A stretch of DNA of 64,000 nucleotides from an uncultured delta proteobacterium. GTDB taxonomy: Bacteria; Desulfobacterota; Desulfomonilia; Desulfomonilales; Desulfomonilaceae. Positions 52,901 to 61,946 of the stretch are shown piece by piece. Location of the stretch: positions 1,568,001-1,632,000 of the forward strand of contig CAWBKB010000001.1 of assembly GCA_963789265.1 (NCBI GenBank), given 5' to 3'. The first letter of the stretch is position 1; each line of letters begins with the position of its first letter. Both the position numbers and the translations under genes were made by a program. The notes under the pieces were generated by a model that worked only from the letters and a program-made list of their open reading frames with translations, was not told the DNA's origin and did not search any database.

Positions 52901-54308
52901 ATTACATTCACGTTCCGCGTCAAAGCCCGTTGACACTCCCGGAGAGAGCAGCGCGGAAGTTGCGGCTCAGCCGGCAATAGTCTCGGCCCACGGACCCTCG
53001 GCCTCCGAGACTAACGAGCAGCACCACTTTTCCATGAAGCATGGAGCACTTCAACCTGCCGGCAAGCACAAAGGGCACGGATCGAGAGCCGAAGTTCTCT
53101 ATATACCTTTTATAGGTGACCATGCTTTCGGATTTGCAGCAGCCGCCCGGTCGGTAGGAGTTGATGCCCGTGTACTTCCTCCTCCGGATGAAGAATCAGA
53201 GCGCCTGGGACGCCCGCACATGGTTGGTGGTGAGTGCCATCCGTACGCTCTGGTCCTGGGAGACTACCTCAAGGTTGCTCGGGTGCTGTCAACCGAAGAC
53301 GCGCGACGATCCCTATTTTACATACTAGGCCCTGACGCATGTCGGCTGGGACAATTCCCGACGTACATTGAGAAGGTTCGCCGCGAGCTCGGGCTCGGCG
53401 TCCATGTGATTCGGGACATAGATGAAGGGATCAATGCTTTCGCAGTTTCCGCGCGGAGCAGGCAGCAGGTGTTGCTAAGGGCCTGGGAGGGATTGAACGC
53501 GTATGACGTGCTGCTCCGGCTGTTTCTTCAAGTTCGCCCCAGGGCGCAAGATCGGGTGCTCCTCGAGCATGTTTACATTCGATGTCGAGACAAGCTCTAC
53601 AAAGCCCTTTCAGAGGGCAGGGTCAGAGCTGGGATGGACGAAGTCCTTCATGACCTTGATGCAGTGGCGCTGTACGACTCGGATCCTGTACCGGTTGTCG
53701 CTGTTACCGGTGACTATTACACTCGGATAGTGCCGTACGCCAATAATGACGTGTACAGTGAAATAGAGGCTCTCGGCGGCATGCTCTGGTCACCGCCGAC
53801 ATTCTCGGATAGTTACAAACTGGCGACGTTAAGGGATTTCTTGTGGAGCGTCATGACCGGCCGAACACGGGCTGCTGCTGAACACGGAATCTTTTATACT
53901 TTGATGACGATATCCGAATTTAAGGTCAAGGCACTACCGAGAGCTCGAAGGGCTCTAAACCGATCCATCGACCTGACCGGGTTGAATATGTGGAGAAAGG
54001 CTTCCGAGCATTCCCACAGCCGGCTTCCTCCGGGAATCAACGCCCCGCTTGCGACCGCGCTTAATTATCTGGATCAGGGTGCAGACGGCCTGCTCAACCT
54101 TATAACCCTGAACTGCTCTTATGGCACCGTGGTTACAGCAGCGCTGCTGCGAGCATTAAAGAAAAGACCCGGTATCCCGCTGCTAACGCTGGTCTTTGAC
54201 GGACTCAAGAAGACCAACGAAAAGACTCGCCTGGAAGCGTTCATGGAGCAGGTTAGAGACCGCTTTCATACCAGGTTGCAGCACCACGGGAAGCGATCCG
54301 CCGGCTGA
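49971..54308 (+). CDS. Acyl-CoA dehydratase activase-related multidomain protein (two BadF/BcrA-type ATPase domains + DUF2229-like regions)
   Basis: Two sets of GID/GLDxGS, EIGGQDSK, MNxxCAAGTG, RCxVF; ETCLP, FGCGPD, ECHP; start uncertain within 49944-49971. Confidence 0.9.
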   Translation: MHRYLGIDCGSVSLNLALLTDGTNEPISVYLRTRGRPLQTLVEAADELITICGTDVSITSALVTGSARELLAKALNIPAVNEISAHAAGIQHVNPSVKTVIEIGGQDSKFIRIQPLLNSGKSRIHSFRMNEICAAGTGAFLDEQAERLGIGIESFGSLALQSDKPAPIAGRCAVFAKTDMIHRAQEGTPLPDILLGLAFALVRNYIATLIRGDSLVPVVALQGGVMSNQAVVHAFRKLLDLEEEQVLIPPHYKVIGALGCAVLTAGSKSLHGLSLGTIKAAADKASRNPFSHSFFNPLNPALNSKPPTIEIAGNGALSTSRLVMGLDVGSVSVKGVILDGKGRVVREDYRLSRSLPLEALAQVVGSLTDDDISIAAIAVTGSGRHLAGGLLGADLIVNEITAQACAALSYDSGADTVVEIGGQDSKWISLEDGQVGDFEMNRVCAAGTGSFLMAQAQRLELPMGDTFSEAAFASYRPADLGNRCTVFMESDLIHHQNNGASSEDLAAGVCISIVHNYLERVANHKPLGEKVLFMGGVAATPAVKAAFEQQTGRRFETPPFFRVSGAVGAALKALEGLEAETIVPGQRKPIHWDPEQIRKEQFTCKGCSNQCSVNKYKSGERQVFHGGLCDRWEMDDGPRGRGDEPDLFSFRARLLKELSSTSLNADISWAMVQSPQFYEWFPFWKVFCEDLGISLLVSSPPTRKQFESGSRFLRVETCLPMKAMAGQIEDLVNRGAKMLFHPAILSESPSVRGNKPLDHCPFIQASSQFFRETFDVEWKEPVVNCEIDADALRRECVSFARGLGFSHYKAMSAFGKGQQHLEQFQARLRREGEEFVSSLGPTEPAIVVLGKPYHTSDPFLNMNLGSLLHRLGIRGLPGDLYPLRSSAAEKPVSWKYQGNMIQVAREIAEDPRLFPVLITFFGCGPDPFTLRHIKESIADKPMLILEMDEHCSRAGIITRLEAFLDRITLSRNGCKTGLHSRSASKPVDTPGESSAEVAAQPAIVSAHGPSASETNEQHHFSMKHGALQPAGKHKGHGSRAEVLYIPFIGDHAFGFAAAARSVGVDARVLPPPDEESERLGRPHMVGGECHPYALVLGDYLKVARVLSTEDARRSLFYILGPDACRLGQFPTYIEKVRRELGLGVHVIRDIDEGINAFAVSARSRQQVLLRAWEGLNAYDVLLRLFLQVRPRAQDRVLLEHVYIRCRDKLYKALSEGRVRAGMDEVLHDLDAVALYDSDPVPVVAVTGDYYTRIVPYANNDVYSEIEALGGMLWSPPTFSDSYKLATLRDFLWSVMTGRTRAAAEHGIFYTLMTISEFKVKALPRARRALNRSIDLTGLNMWRKASEHSHSRLPPGINAPLATALNYLDQGADGLLNLITLNCSYGTVVTAALLRALKKRPGIPLLTLVFDGLKKTNEKTRLEAFMEQVRDRFHTRLQHHGKRSAG

Positions 54309-54478
54309 ACGACGTCAGTTAGTACTCGATTTCCCGAACACGCGACCCTATTTCCGCGATGCAGTAATTGGGCAGTTTATGGTCCCCCTCGGGGAATGGG
54401 AGAAAAGCCCTCGCTTTCAGGCGAAGACCTCAGTACGTACAACCGTGTAATGGCGTGGCACAAAATGCAGAGATGCCG

Positions 54479-54587
54479 GTAGGATGCTGGTGAGTTCCGC
54501 GATACGCGGAACGAACCGCATCGTTCGCGGTTTTATCTCGATTGATGCGGTTCTCCCGCGCAGAACGCGGGCTCACCAGCGTCCTAC
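54479..54587. repeat. GTAG-type REP doublet with micro-hairpin inserts
   Basis: GTAGGATGCTGGTGAG..GAACCGCATC ... GATGCGGTTC..CTCACCAGCGTCCTAC. Confidence 0.7.
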
Positions 54588-54899
54588 GCTGATAGTGACT
54601 CCGATCCTCTGGCGGTAGCGACCGCCGGATTCATCCGGGAGAGCTAAAATGCCGCCGAAGTCACCACCTTCAGGCAGTGGAGCCCCCATTTTGCGATGTT
54701 TCAAGCTCCTCGCAAAGTTCGACCGCTCGCTTCAGGCGACTTCACTACACCTCAAGTTCATGGTAAATTGTAATTGCCTGCATAGGAACAACCACTTACA
54801 ATCTGCTAGGGTCCTTGTACGGCGTGGATAAGTGTGGGCGTCCGAAGGCTTGATCGAATACAAACCAGGGCGGTCGTAGGTCTGCCCTTGCCCCTCTCT

Positions 54900-54938
54900 G
54901 TGACACCTTTGTATGCTGACAGTATAACAGTGTTACAC
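54900..54938 (+). promoter_or_regulatory. Candidate sigma70 promoter with overlapping palindrome for the hfs-like operon
   Basis: GTGACA-17 bp-TATAAC; GTATAACAGTGTTACAC near-palindrome at 54922-54938. Confidence 0.45.
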
Positions 54939-54970
54939 CTTCGGTTCATTCGGGAAAGGAGTACCAGTCG

Positions 54971-55219
54971 ATGCGAGTGATCACCGTCTGCGTGGGGAGC
55001 GCCTGCCATCTCAAAGGTTCCCACGAGATAATAAACTATTTCAAGACAGCAATAGCAGAAGCCGGAGTCGAAAAGGAAGTAGAACTTAAAGGAACTTTTT
55101 GCATGGATCAGTGTACTGATGGAGCCAATCTTCTTATCGACGAACAAATTTTCCATGCCAATTCAGTCGACGATGCCAGGCAAATTTTTCAAACGGAGAT
55201 ACTCCAGAAGCTAAAGTAA
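54971..55219 (+). CDS. Thioredoxin-like [2Fe-2S] ferredoxin (HfsA-like)
   Basis: ITVCVGSACHLKGS..ELKGTFCMDQC. Confidence 0.88.
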   Translation: MRVITVCVGSACHLKGSHEIINYFKTAIAEAGVEKEVELKGTFCMDQCTDGANLLIDEQIFHANSVDDARQIFQTEILQKLK

Positions 55220-55233
55220 AAGGTGACGGCATC

Positions 55234-57540
55234 ATGGACTCAGCTAGACCTAAAAGAGTACCTTGGAAGAGTTGGAGTGACTTCACAGCATGGGCTCAGG
55301 ATTTCTCTCTGCGGCAAAAGGTGCTGGGGGGATTCCTGGGTGTGGTCGTGCTTGTGGGATTGGCCACGATCCTGATCGGCACCCGGCTTGCCAGGGAAAC
55401 GATTATCGATCGGGCCAGGATCCGGCTCTTCAGCGATCTTGCTACCGCTGGATTTATTTTGAAGAACTCCCAGGAAGGTTTGGAACTCAAGGTCCGCATG
55501 GCTGCGGATTCAGAGAAGTTCAAAGATCTTCTGGCCAAAGGAGAAATCCACGAAATTCGTAACAGTCTGGCAAAACTGGCAGTTGAAAACGATTTGGATT
55601 TCCTTTCTCTCACCGACGATAAGGGCCGAGTCCTGGCCAGGGCTTTTACTCCGGAAATCAAGAACAAGGACGTCTCTGCCGATCCTCTGGTCGCGGCTGC
55701 ACTGAAAGGACAGGATTCGTCCGGCGTGAGGCTGGTTTCCGTGGAAAGGCTTTCAGACGAGAACCCGACACTCCTTCGTCGCATAGGAGAACGCCCTGAC
55801 AAGAAAGGCATGATACTGGAAGCAGCGCACCACGTTGTCACGGGCTCGACGGTGACGGCTACGTTTTACGGTGGAATACTTCTCAATGGCAACAATATCA
55901 TTGTGGATACGATCTCACGTAGGCTCTTCAGAGGAGAAGTCTTCGATAAACGGGACGTCGGGTATGTGGCTATATTTCAGGGAGACCAGGCAGTCAGCAC
56001 CACTTTGAGGGGGCGAGATGGTCTGCCTGTCCTGGGTTTCACGGCGGGCGGGGAGATTCGCGACAAGGTTCTCGACATGGGGCAGACCGAAATCACCTGG
56101 GAATCTCAGCTAGGGGCCAGGTATCTTTCCGCGACCGATCCAATTCGCGACCCTGGGGGGAAGATCATAGGCGCTCTTCAGGTGGGCACCCTGGAAAAAC
56201 CCATTACCTCAGTCATCCACAGACTCGTGGGAACCTTTATGGTGGTCGCATTTTTCGGGGTTCTGCTGATGGCCGCGATTTCTTATTTCCTTGTCAAATG
56301 GATTAATCGGCCGCTCGAACAGATGCTCCACGCGGCGAGAAGAGCCGCTGACGGTGACTTGAGCCATGAAGTCCCTGTCATGGCCAGGGATGAAGTCGGC
56401 GAGTTGGCTGCGACATTCAACCTGATGATCCGCAATTTAGCCGAATCGCGTAAGAAACTGGAAGCGTGGGGCGAACAACTGGCGTCCAAGGTGGCAGCTC
56501 AAACCGGCGAATTGGATCAAGCTCGAGAACAGGTCGCGTGGGTCAGGAAACTCGCATCGCTTGAAAAAATGGCCGACGGGATGAGCCACATAATGGCGCA
56601 CATCTCGGACCCAATGGTCGGATTTGCCGCACCCGGGGACGGCAGCGGGACCACAAGTAGAATACTTATCCTGGATACAGACGAGAAAGTCCTCGAAATC
56701 TGCGAGCGTATCCTGGAGAGCGAAGGGTTCGAGGTGAAACTGGCCCGTACGGTCGACGAAGCCCTGGCGGATCTTGAGAAACAATTCTTCGATGTAGTCG
56801 TAGCGGACATCGACATGCCGGAAATGAGCGGCCAGGATCTTCTCAAGGAGATGAAGTACCGACAACCTGAAGTTCTCGTAATATTGACAGCGCCGTTCAA
56901 AGCGACCGAAGAAGCGGTCGAGGTGGTGAAAATGGGCGCTTACGATTATATACCCAAGCCTTTTGGTCCACATCAGATCCTGCTAATGGTCTATACAGCG
57001 CTCCAGACAAAAGAGATGCTCCAAAAGACACGGCGACAACATGCCGAACAGAGGGCCGAGGCGATCTTCCAGCGCCTGCCCGTGGCGATAGCTCTGGCCG
57101 ATAAAGCTCACCGCGTGGTCTACCACAACAGAGCTCTCACTGAACTTGCCGCGCAGGACGGGGAGGACACTGTTCGGGGCAAGACCTTCGGAGAACTATT
57201 CGGGGTCGATCCCCTGGATGAGGGCATGGGTGAAGAAGAATCCGGTGGCTCAAGATGGTTGCAACTCGACAAAGTCGGCCGCACCGCAAAACTTTACAAT
57301 TTCGAGCTGCCCGATGAGGACCTCAGGGTCTTGATGCTTCTGGACATTACCGACACCGTTATGAAGGACCAACAGGCCGACGTTTTCAAAACCGAGACAA
57401 TTACGAAAGCTCAGCAGGTCATACACCAGCAGATGCGTGTGGCCCAGGAGATAGCCGGATTGCTTGGAGAGACCACCGTGGAGACCAAAGCGGCCCTTTT
57501 TGAGTTGATCAAGCTGGCAGGTGAGGGAGAGTCACGATGA
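55234..57540 (+). CDS. Cache-HAMP-REC-PAS membrane sensor with HfsB-type C-terminal tail; no kinase ATPase or hydrogenase domain
   Basis: Two TMs around Cache region, HAMP (RPLEQM..DEVGELAATFNLM), REC (VVADIDMPEMSG..YIPKPF), PAS, tail QQMRVAQEIAGLLGETTVETK. Confidence 0.82.
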   Translation: MDSARPKRVPWKSWSDFTAWAQDFSLRQKVLGGFLGVVVLVGLATILIGTRLARETIIDRARIRLFSDLATAGFILKNSQEGLELKVRMAADSEKFKDLLAKGEIHEIRNSLAKLAVENDLDFLSLTDDKGRVLARAFTPEIKNKDVSADPLVAAALKGQDSSGVRLVSVERLSDENPTLLRRIGERPDKKGMILEAAHHVVTGSTVTATFYGGILLNGNNIIVDTISRRLFRGEVFDKRDVGYVAIFQGDQAVSTTLRGRDGLPVLGFTAGGEIRDKVLDMGQTEITWESQLGARYLSATDPIRDPGGKIIGALQVGTLEKPITSVIHRLVGTFMVVAFFGVLLMAAISYFLVKWINRPLEQMLHAARRAADGDLSHEVPVMARDEVGELAATFNLMIRNLAESRKKLEAWGEQLASKVAAQTGELDQAREQVAWVRKLASLEKMADGMSHIMAHISDPMVGFAAPGDGSGTTSRILILDTDEKVLEICERILESEGFEVKLARTVDEALADLEKQFFDVVVADIDMPEMSGQDLLKEMKYRQPEVLVILTAPFKATEEAVEVVKMGAYDYIPKPFGPHQILLMVYTALQTKEMLQKTRRQHAEQRAEAIFQRLPVAIALADKAHRVVYHNRALTELAAQDGEDTVRGKTFGELFGVDPLDEGMGEEESGGSRWLQLDKVGRTAKLYNFELPDEDLRVLMLLDITDTVMKDQQADVFKTETITKAQQVIHQQMRVAQEIAGLLGETTVETKAALFELIKLAGEGESR

Positions 57541-58695
57541 ACGATGCGTTGTTCATCGAAGCCGGCGGAGCTAACATCTGCAGGTACGGGGAAATACTTT
57601 GCGGAGACTCATTATCTGTTGCTCCGATGGGTGGTGGCAAGCTCATGGTCCTCTCCGACGGCCTTGGCAGTGGAGTCAAAGCAAACATCCTGGCTACCTT
57701 AACGACCAAGATAGCCATGCGGTTGATGGAACGGGGCCTTCCCCTCGAAGAAGTTGTAGCGACACTAACCGACACGCTTCCCGAGTGCAAAGTTAGGAAG
57801 ATTGCGTACAGCACCTTCACTTTGCTGAAGGTGTTGGAAGACGGGCGGGCATATCTTGCGGAGTTCGACAACCCGCCAACGTTCTTTCTCAAGCGAGGCT
57901 ATGTCAGCCAGTTGAGGTACAAGGATCGAGTTATCGGCGCGAGAAAAATCCGCGAGGCTCACGTCCACCTGAATGCCGGTGACTGGTTGATAACAGTCAG
58001 TGACGGTGAGATTCATGCCGGAATTGGCGGGCTGCTGAATCTCGGCTGGGATTGGGAAAAGATCGCCAAGTTCCTTGAGACCCAGGTCTATGAAGATATT
58101 TCCGCCCAAAAGGTTGCTCAGATACTGGTGGACCAGGCTCGCCAGCTCTATGAAGGGAAGCCGGGTGACGACACGACGGTTGGGGTATTGAAGATACGGC
58201 CCAAGCGCATCAGTGCGTTCATGATCGGTCCACCGGTGAGACGTGAAGATGACGACATCGTAGTGAAGCGATTCCTGGAGACACCCGGCCGCAAAATAGT
58301 CAGTGGTGGAACGACAGCGGGCATCCTTGGCAAAATGCTGGGAAAAGACGTGATAGTTGACCTCTCGACCATGACCAGCAAGATTCCGCCCACCGGAAAG
58401 TTGGACGGGATCGACCTCGTGACCGAAGGAGTCCACACAGTAAACCATGCACTGGAAATACTGGAAAAGGTGAAAGATATCGAACAGCTCGTTGCCAAGC
58501 GCGATGGTGCAAGCCGCCTCGCTTGGGAGTTCCTCTATGCGGACAGTATCAATATCTTGCTGGGCCAGGCCATCAACCCCGCGCGACCTGAATCCTAACT
58601 TGCCTCAGGAAATGGGGTTCAAGAGCCGTAGCGTGCAAGCCATTGCGAACCTTCTCAGAGATAGCGGCAAAGAGGTTAATCTTGAAATTCACTAA
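57537..58695 (+). CDS. SpoIIE/PP2C-family phosphatase (HfsC-like); +1 frameshift at about 58585
   Basis: LCGD, VLSDGLGSGVKANIL, AYSTFT, SDG, DDTTV, GGTTA, LVTEG; removing G58585 restores AINPAH and the C-terminus ending at 58695. Confidence 0.87.
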
Positions 58696-58752
58696 TTTCA
58701 GCTTCGCTATCCGACTGAAACCCCGTGGAACCGACATTGAAATTAGAAACGT

Positions 58753-59637
58753 ATGAGGATTATTGCACCAATGAGTTTAGCTTGTCCGGTCTGCCTAAGC
58801 GAAAATCGGGAAATGGACGGATTTGACCTGATTTCAGTCTTGGGCCTTATGAAAGAATACAATTGGCAAGAGATTTGGAAGCGATACCGCCCCCAGAGTT
58901 CTCGAAATGACACCATAAGCATGTACGTGCCCGCCGACCTCTATTTCATAGAAATGCACGTCCAAAAGATGCAGCGGATAATCCTTTCGGAAAAGTTCAA
59001 CACGAACCCCTTCTTCATGCAACAGGTCATCCAAAGGATAATCGCATCCCACGACCATGACCTCATTATGGGGAAGATACGACAGCAAGGGATTGACACT
59101 GGAGATAATCCCATCTCTTTGTCATGTTCAATGGGGGACACGATAATAGATTTGATCGTGAACAGAGAAGAACACCGCTCAAAAAGAGCTTCCGCTCGCC
59201 ACGAAAATACCCATATCGAGATGGTGGAGAACCGGCCGCTGGATATCTACGACCTCTCCTCCACGTTGTACCTCTGTCAGCAAAACCTCTCCGGTGCGAT
59301 CTTTAAGCGGTACGAGGACCCGGAAAGTCAGCCAGATAAAGACCCGTCGGATCGTCGGGTCACGATCCGAACTCAAGTGGGCGATTACTCTGTATGTTTG
59401 GACTTCAGACAGGTTTCCACCCGAACGGAAAGAATAATCCCTCCCCCCGGCAACGCATCGGTTTTCACAATGCATCAGGTTCTCCAGAGAATGAATTTCA
59501 GGCATGCACCGACGCTTATTCTGAAGGAACTCAACGACGTGGGGCTTTCAGTCACACCGGAGCAGCTAGACAATCAGTTCACGTTGCAGCGATACATAAA
59601 TGACACTGTCTTGCACCTGGACTTCAAACGCGCCTAA
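58753..59637 (+). CDS. Hypothetical protein with CPVC motif and internal two-fold domain repeat
   Basis: 294-aa ORF directly after the phosphatase; halves align (ENR..DL.S.L.L..KRY..RII..M.QV.QR..DT...L...R). Confidence 0.75.
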   Translation: MRIIAPMSLACPVCLSENREMDGFDLISVLGLMKEYNWQEIWKRYRPQSSRNDTISMYVPADLYFIEMHVQKMQRIILSEKFNTNPFFMQQVIQRIIASHDHDLIMGKIRQQGIDTGDNPISLSCSMGDTIIDLIVNREEHRSKRASARHENTHIEMVENRPLDIYDLSSTLYLCQQNLSGAIFKRYEDPESQPDKDPSDRRVTIRTQVGDYSVCLDFRQVSTRTERIIPPPGNASVFTMHQVLQRMNFRHAPTLILKELNDVGLSVTPEQLDNQFTLQRYINDTVLHLDFKRA

Positions 59638-59787
59638 GGCAGTTGCCATAAATGAGGTCTTTTTATTAGCGAGACGTTGTAGGGGCGAATGGCATTCGCC
59701 CAGGGCGGTCCCGCGTCCCGCGGGATCGCCCCTACAATCCCCGGATTTTATCCTCCGAATCGGACAAAACTTTTGGCAATGGGTATA
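59635..59787. mobile_element. 153-bp MITE, inverted copy of 21695-21847
   Basis: Same length, high similarity; its terminus overlaps the TAA stop of the upstream gene. Confidence 0.8.
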
Positions 59788-59813
59788 ATTTCCAGAATCT
59801 CTACGAGTGCCGC

Positions 59814-61946
59814 TTATCTCCCCATTTTTCCCAATGCCTTTCGACACGCGGCGGTCTCTTTGTATGGACCGCTCCTTTGCCACACAGGGTCATCGTAACG
59901 ATCGTGGCAAGGGAGGCATGGAGCAATGCTAACTATTCTTCGGATCTCTTCCTTATTGAATCCTCTCGACAGCTTGTGGGATGTGCTTTGCTGGACGCTC
60001 CCGGAACTATCGACTATTGCATCGACCGGGAAGCGTATTCGTAAACCCGAGCTCTTCGAATCGTAAATAGACAGCAATTCCATGGATTTGGTTTTAGAGT
60101 TCCAGGTCAGGATACCATCTCCCAGCCCCAGCGCTTTGGGGTCCGAGTGGCAGTCAACACAACGGGGCACCTCTTTTCGAACCGTATGAGGATGTGTGGG
60201 GCCCATTGCTATGGATGATAGACCGTTCTTGAGCTTCATGATTTTGGAATCGTACGGAGGAACGACTTTGCCTCCGGCATCGATGACCGTATTCCACACC
60301 TGGCATCCGGGAACGAGAATTCCCACCTTGCCTCTGGAGTTAATTCCGTAGATGTTCCGTTCAAATCGGAAGAAGCCCCGTCCCTCTGCCCATCGGCCTT
60401 TAGTCATATTTCCGGATATGTGATCCAAGCCCTTTGAACCAAGATCCAGGACTTGATGGCACCCGTAGCACTGCGGGCTCCAGGCGCTGTGGCAGGTATC
60501 GCACTCAAGCCGCTTGTGGCCGTAAATTGTGTGTCCGTTTTTCCTTCCTGTTATTATACTTACCGAATGTCCTTTGCCTGTAAGTTTGTCCGTGAGTCTC
60601 CATCCTTTTTCAGTGAGCCGGACATGAGGCATCGGCCTCTCTTTCGAGGTCTGAAGTATAACGTCGCCGTCGGCAAGCTTCAAAAGCGGGGAGGCCCTTA
60701 TCAAAGTACGCACCAGAGGATTGTTGTTGTCCACGGTCATGGTCCTGGGAGGGGTTGAGTAAGAGCCGTGGCAATCTTCGCACCGAATCTCTACCTGATC
60801 CTCTATATGAGCATAGATTTTGCCGTCCCCCATGGTGTCCTGACCTGCGTGGCAATCTATGCATGCCATTCCTTTTTCATGATGAATGTCGGGAACGAGA
60901 TTCCAGATGAATCTATTGTCGCTCAGCGTTTCGTCGTTGAGACCGCCGTGGACAAAGGGGGTCCCATACTGTGTGCTTTCCATTTGCCCGTGATAGCTCA
61001 AGCCGACCCTTGCGCTGCGATTGTGGCATGCCCGGCAGCGGTCGTCCGGGATCTTGTTGGTTATGGTATGGGTAGCCGGATGGCCGACTTCATCCCGTTT
61101 GACGGTAGGATCGCAGCCCACGTAATGGCCCTCTTTGCCATAAGGCGCATGGCATGCAGGGCAGCCTTCCATACGTCCCATCTTTTTTCTGTACCGGGAA
61201 TTCCACAGATGGCATGCTGCACAGAATTTTTGGAACTGGCTTGATGCAAGGTCGAGATCGCCTCTCCGGTTGATTTCCGGTGGGACTGCCGCGAGGCTGG
61301 TCTTGCCATCAGATACAGATCGGATGGCGAACCTGGGGTTGTTGTCCTTCTCCAGCCCCCATTGGAAGCGCAATATGCTGATTATCCCCGCGTTGGTGGC
61401 CATCAAAGACTTGGGAACATTTTCAACACGATTAAGCAGCGGATTCACCCTTCCGGAATGACAGGTTCCTGCACCGGGAGCAGAGCTGCCGCAGCCCACG
61501 GGTGCCAGATCGAGCCTGGCGGGATTGCGTCCACCTCTTAAGCCGAGATGTGCGCCTCGGACTGTAAGATCCGCGGCATTACCGCCGTGGCAGGTGACGC
61601 AACCGAAAACAGAGTTGGGATGGGATTCGGACACGTCTTCAATTCCGAAATGGCAGGACATACAGCGTTCCGGAGGCAACTTGCCGCCAAAGGGGCTGAT
61701 CTCAATCACCTTCGGCGGTTTGTTCCTCAAGATTTCTATCTGCGCGAGAATTTGTCGCTTTTGGGCCAGCCGCGGTTCATCTGCCAAATTCTTTTCCAGG
61801 TGCGCTATTGTTAGAGCTATCCCCTTTCTTTGATAGCTTTGCCATTCAGGATTGCGGCCACGATATTCGACGTAAGCGAACGCAGCCAACAGAGCCATGC
61901 CTGCCGCCACAGTTGCGAGCCGGAACCCGGAGCCTGATGTCTTCAT
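59814..61946 (-). CDS. Multiheme cytochrome c (11 CXXCH + one CX9CH), ExtM-like
   Basis: N-terminal TM; CMSCH, CVTCH, CAACH, CPACH, CRACH, CIDCH, CEDCH, CDTCH, CYGCH, CVDCH, CLPCH. Confidence 0.88.
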   Translation of the reverse strand: MKTSGSGFRLATVAAGMALLAAFAYVEYRGRNPEWQSYQRKGIALTIAHLEKNLADEPRLAQKRQILAQIEILRNKPPKVIEISPFGGKLPPERCMSCHFGIEDVSESHPNSVFGCVTCHGGNAADLTVRGAHLGLRGGRNPARLDLAPVGCGSSAPGAGTCHSGRVNPLLNRVENVPKSLMATNAGIISILRFQWGLEKDNNPRFAIRSVSDGKTSLAAVPPEINRRGDLDLASSQFQKFCAACHLWNSRYRKKMGRMEGCPACHAPYGKEGHYVGCDPTVKRDEVGHPATHTITNKIPDDRCRACHNRSARVGLSYHGQMESTQYGTPFVHGGLNDETLSDNRFIWNLVPDIHHEKGMACIDCHAGQDTMGDGKIYAHIEDQVEIRCEDCHGSYSTPPRTMTVDNNNPLVRTLIRASPLLKLADGDVILQTSKERPMPHVRLTEKGWRLTDKLTGKGHSVSIITGRKNGHTIYGHKRLECDTCHSAWSPQCYGCHQVLDLGSKGLDHISGNMTKGRWAEGRGFFRFERNIYGINSRGKVGILVPGCQVWNTVIDAGGKVVPPYDSKIMKLKNGLSSIAMGPTHPHTVRKEVPRCVDCHSDPKALGLGDGILTWNSKTKSMELLSIYDSKSSGLRIRFPVDAIVDSSGSVQQSTSHKLSRGFNKEEIRRIVSIAPCLPCHDRYDDPVWQRSGPYKETAACRKALGKMGR

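Noticed and set aside
54456..54469. Sigma54 promoter TGGCACAAAATGCA
   Set aside because: GG-GC spacing is 8 rather than the required 10
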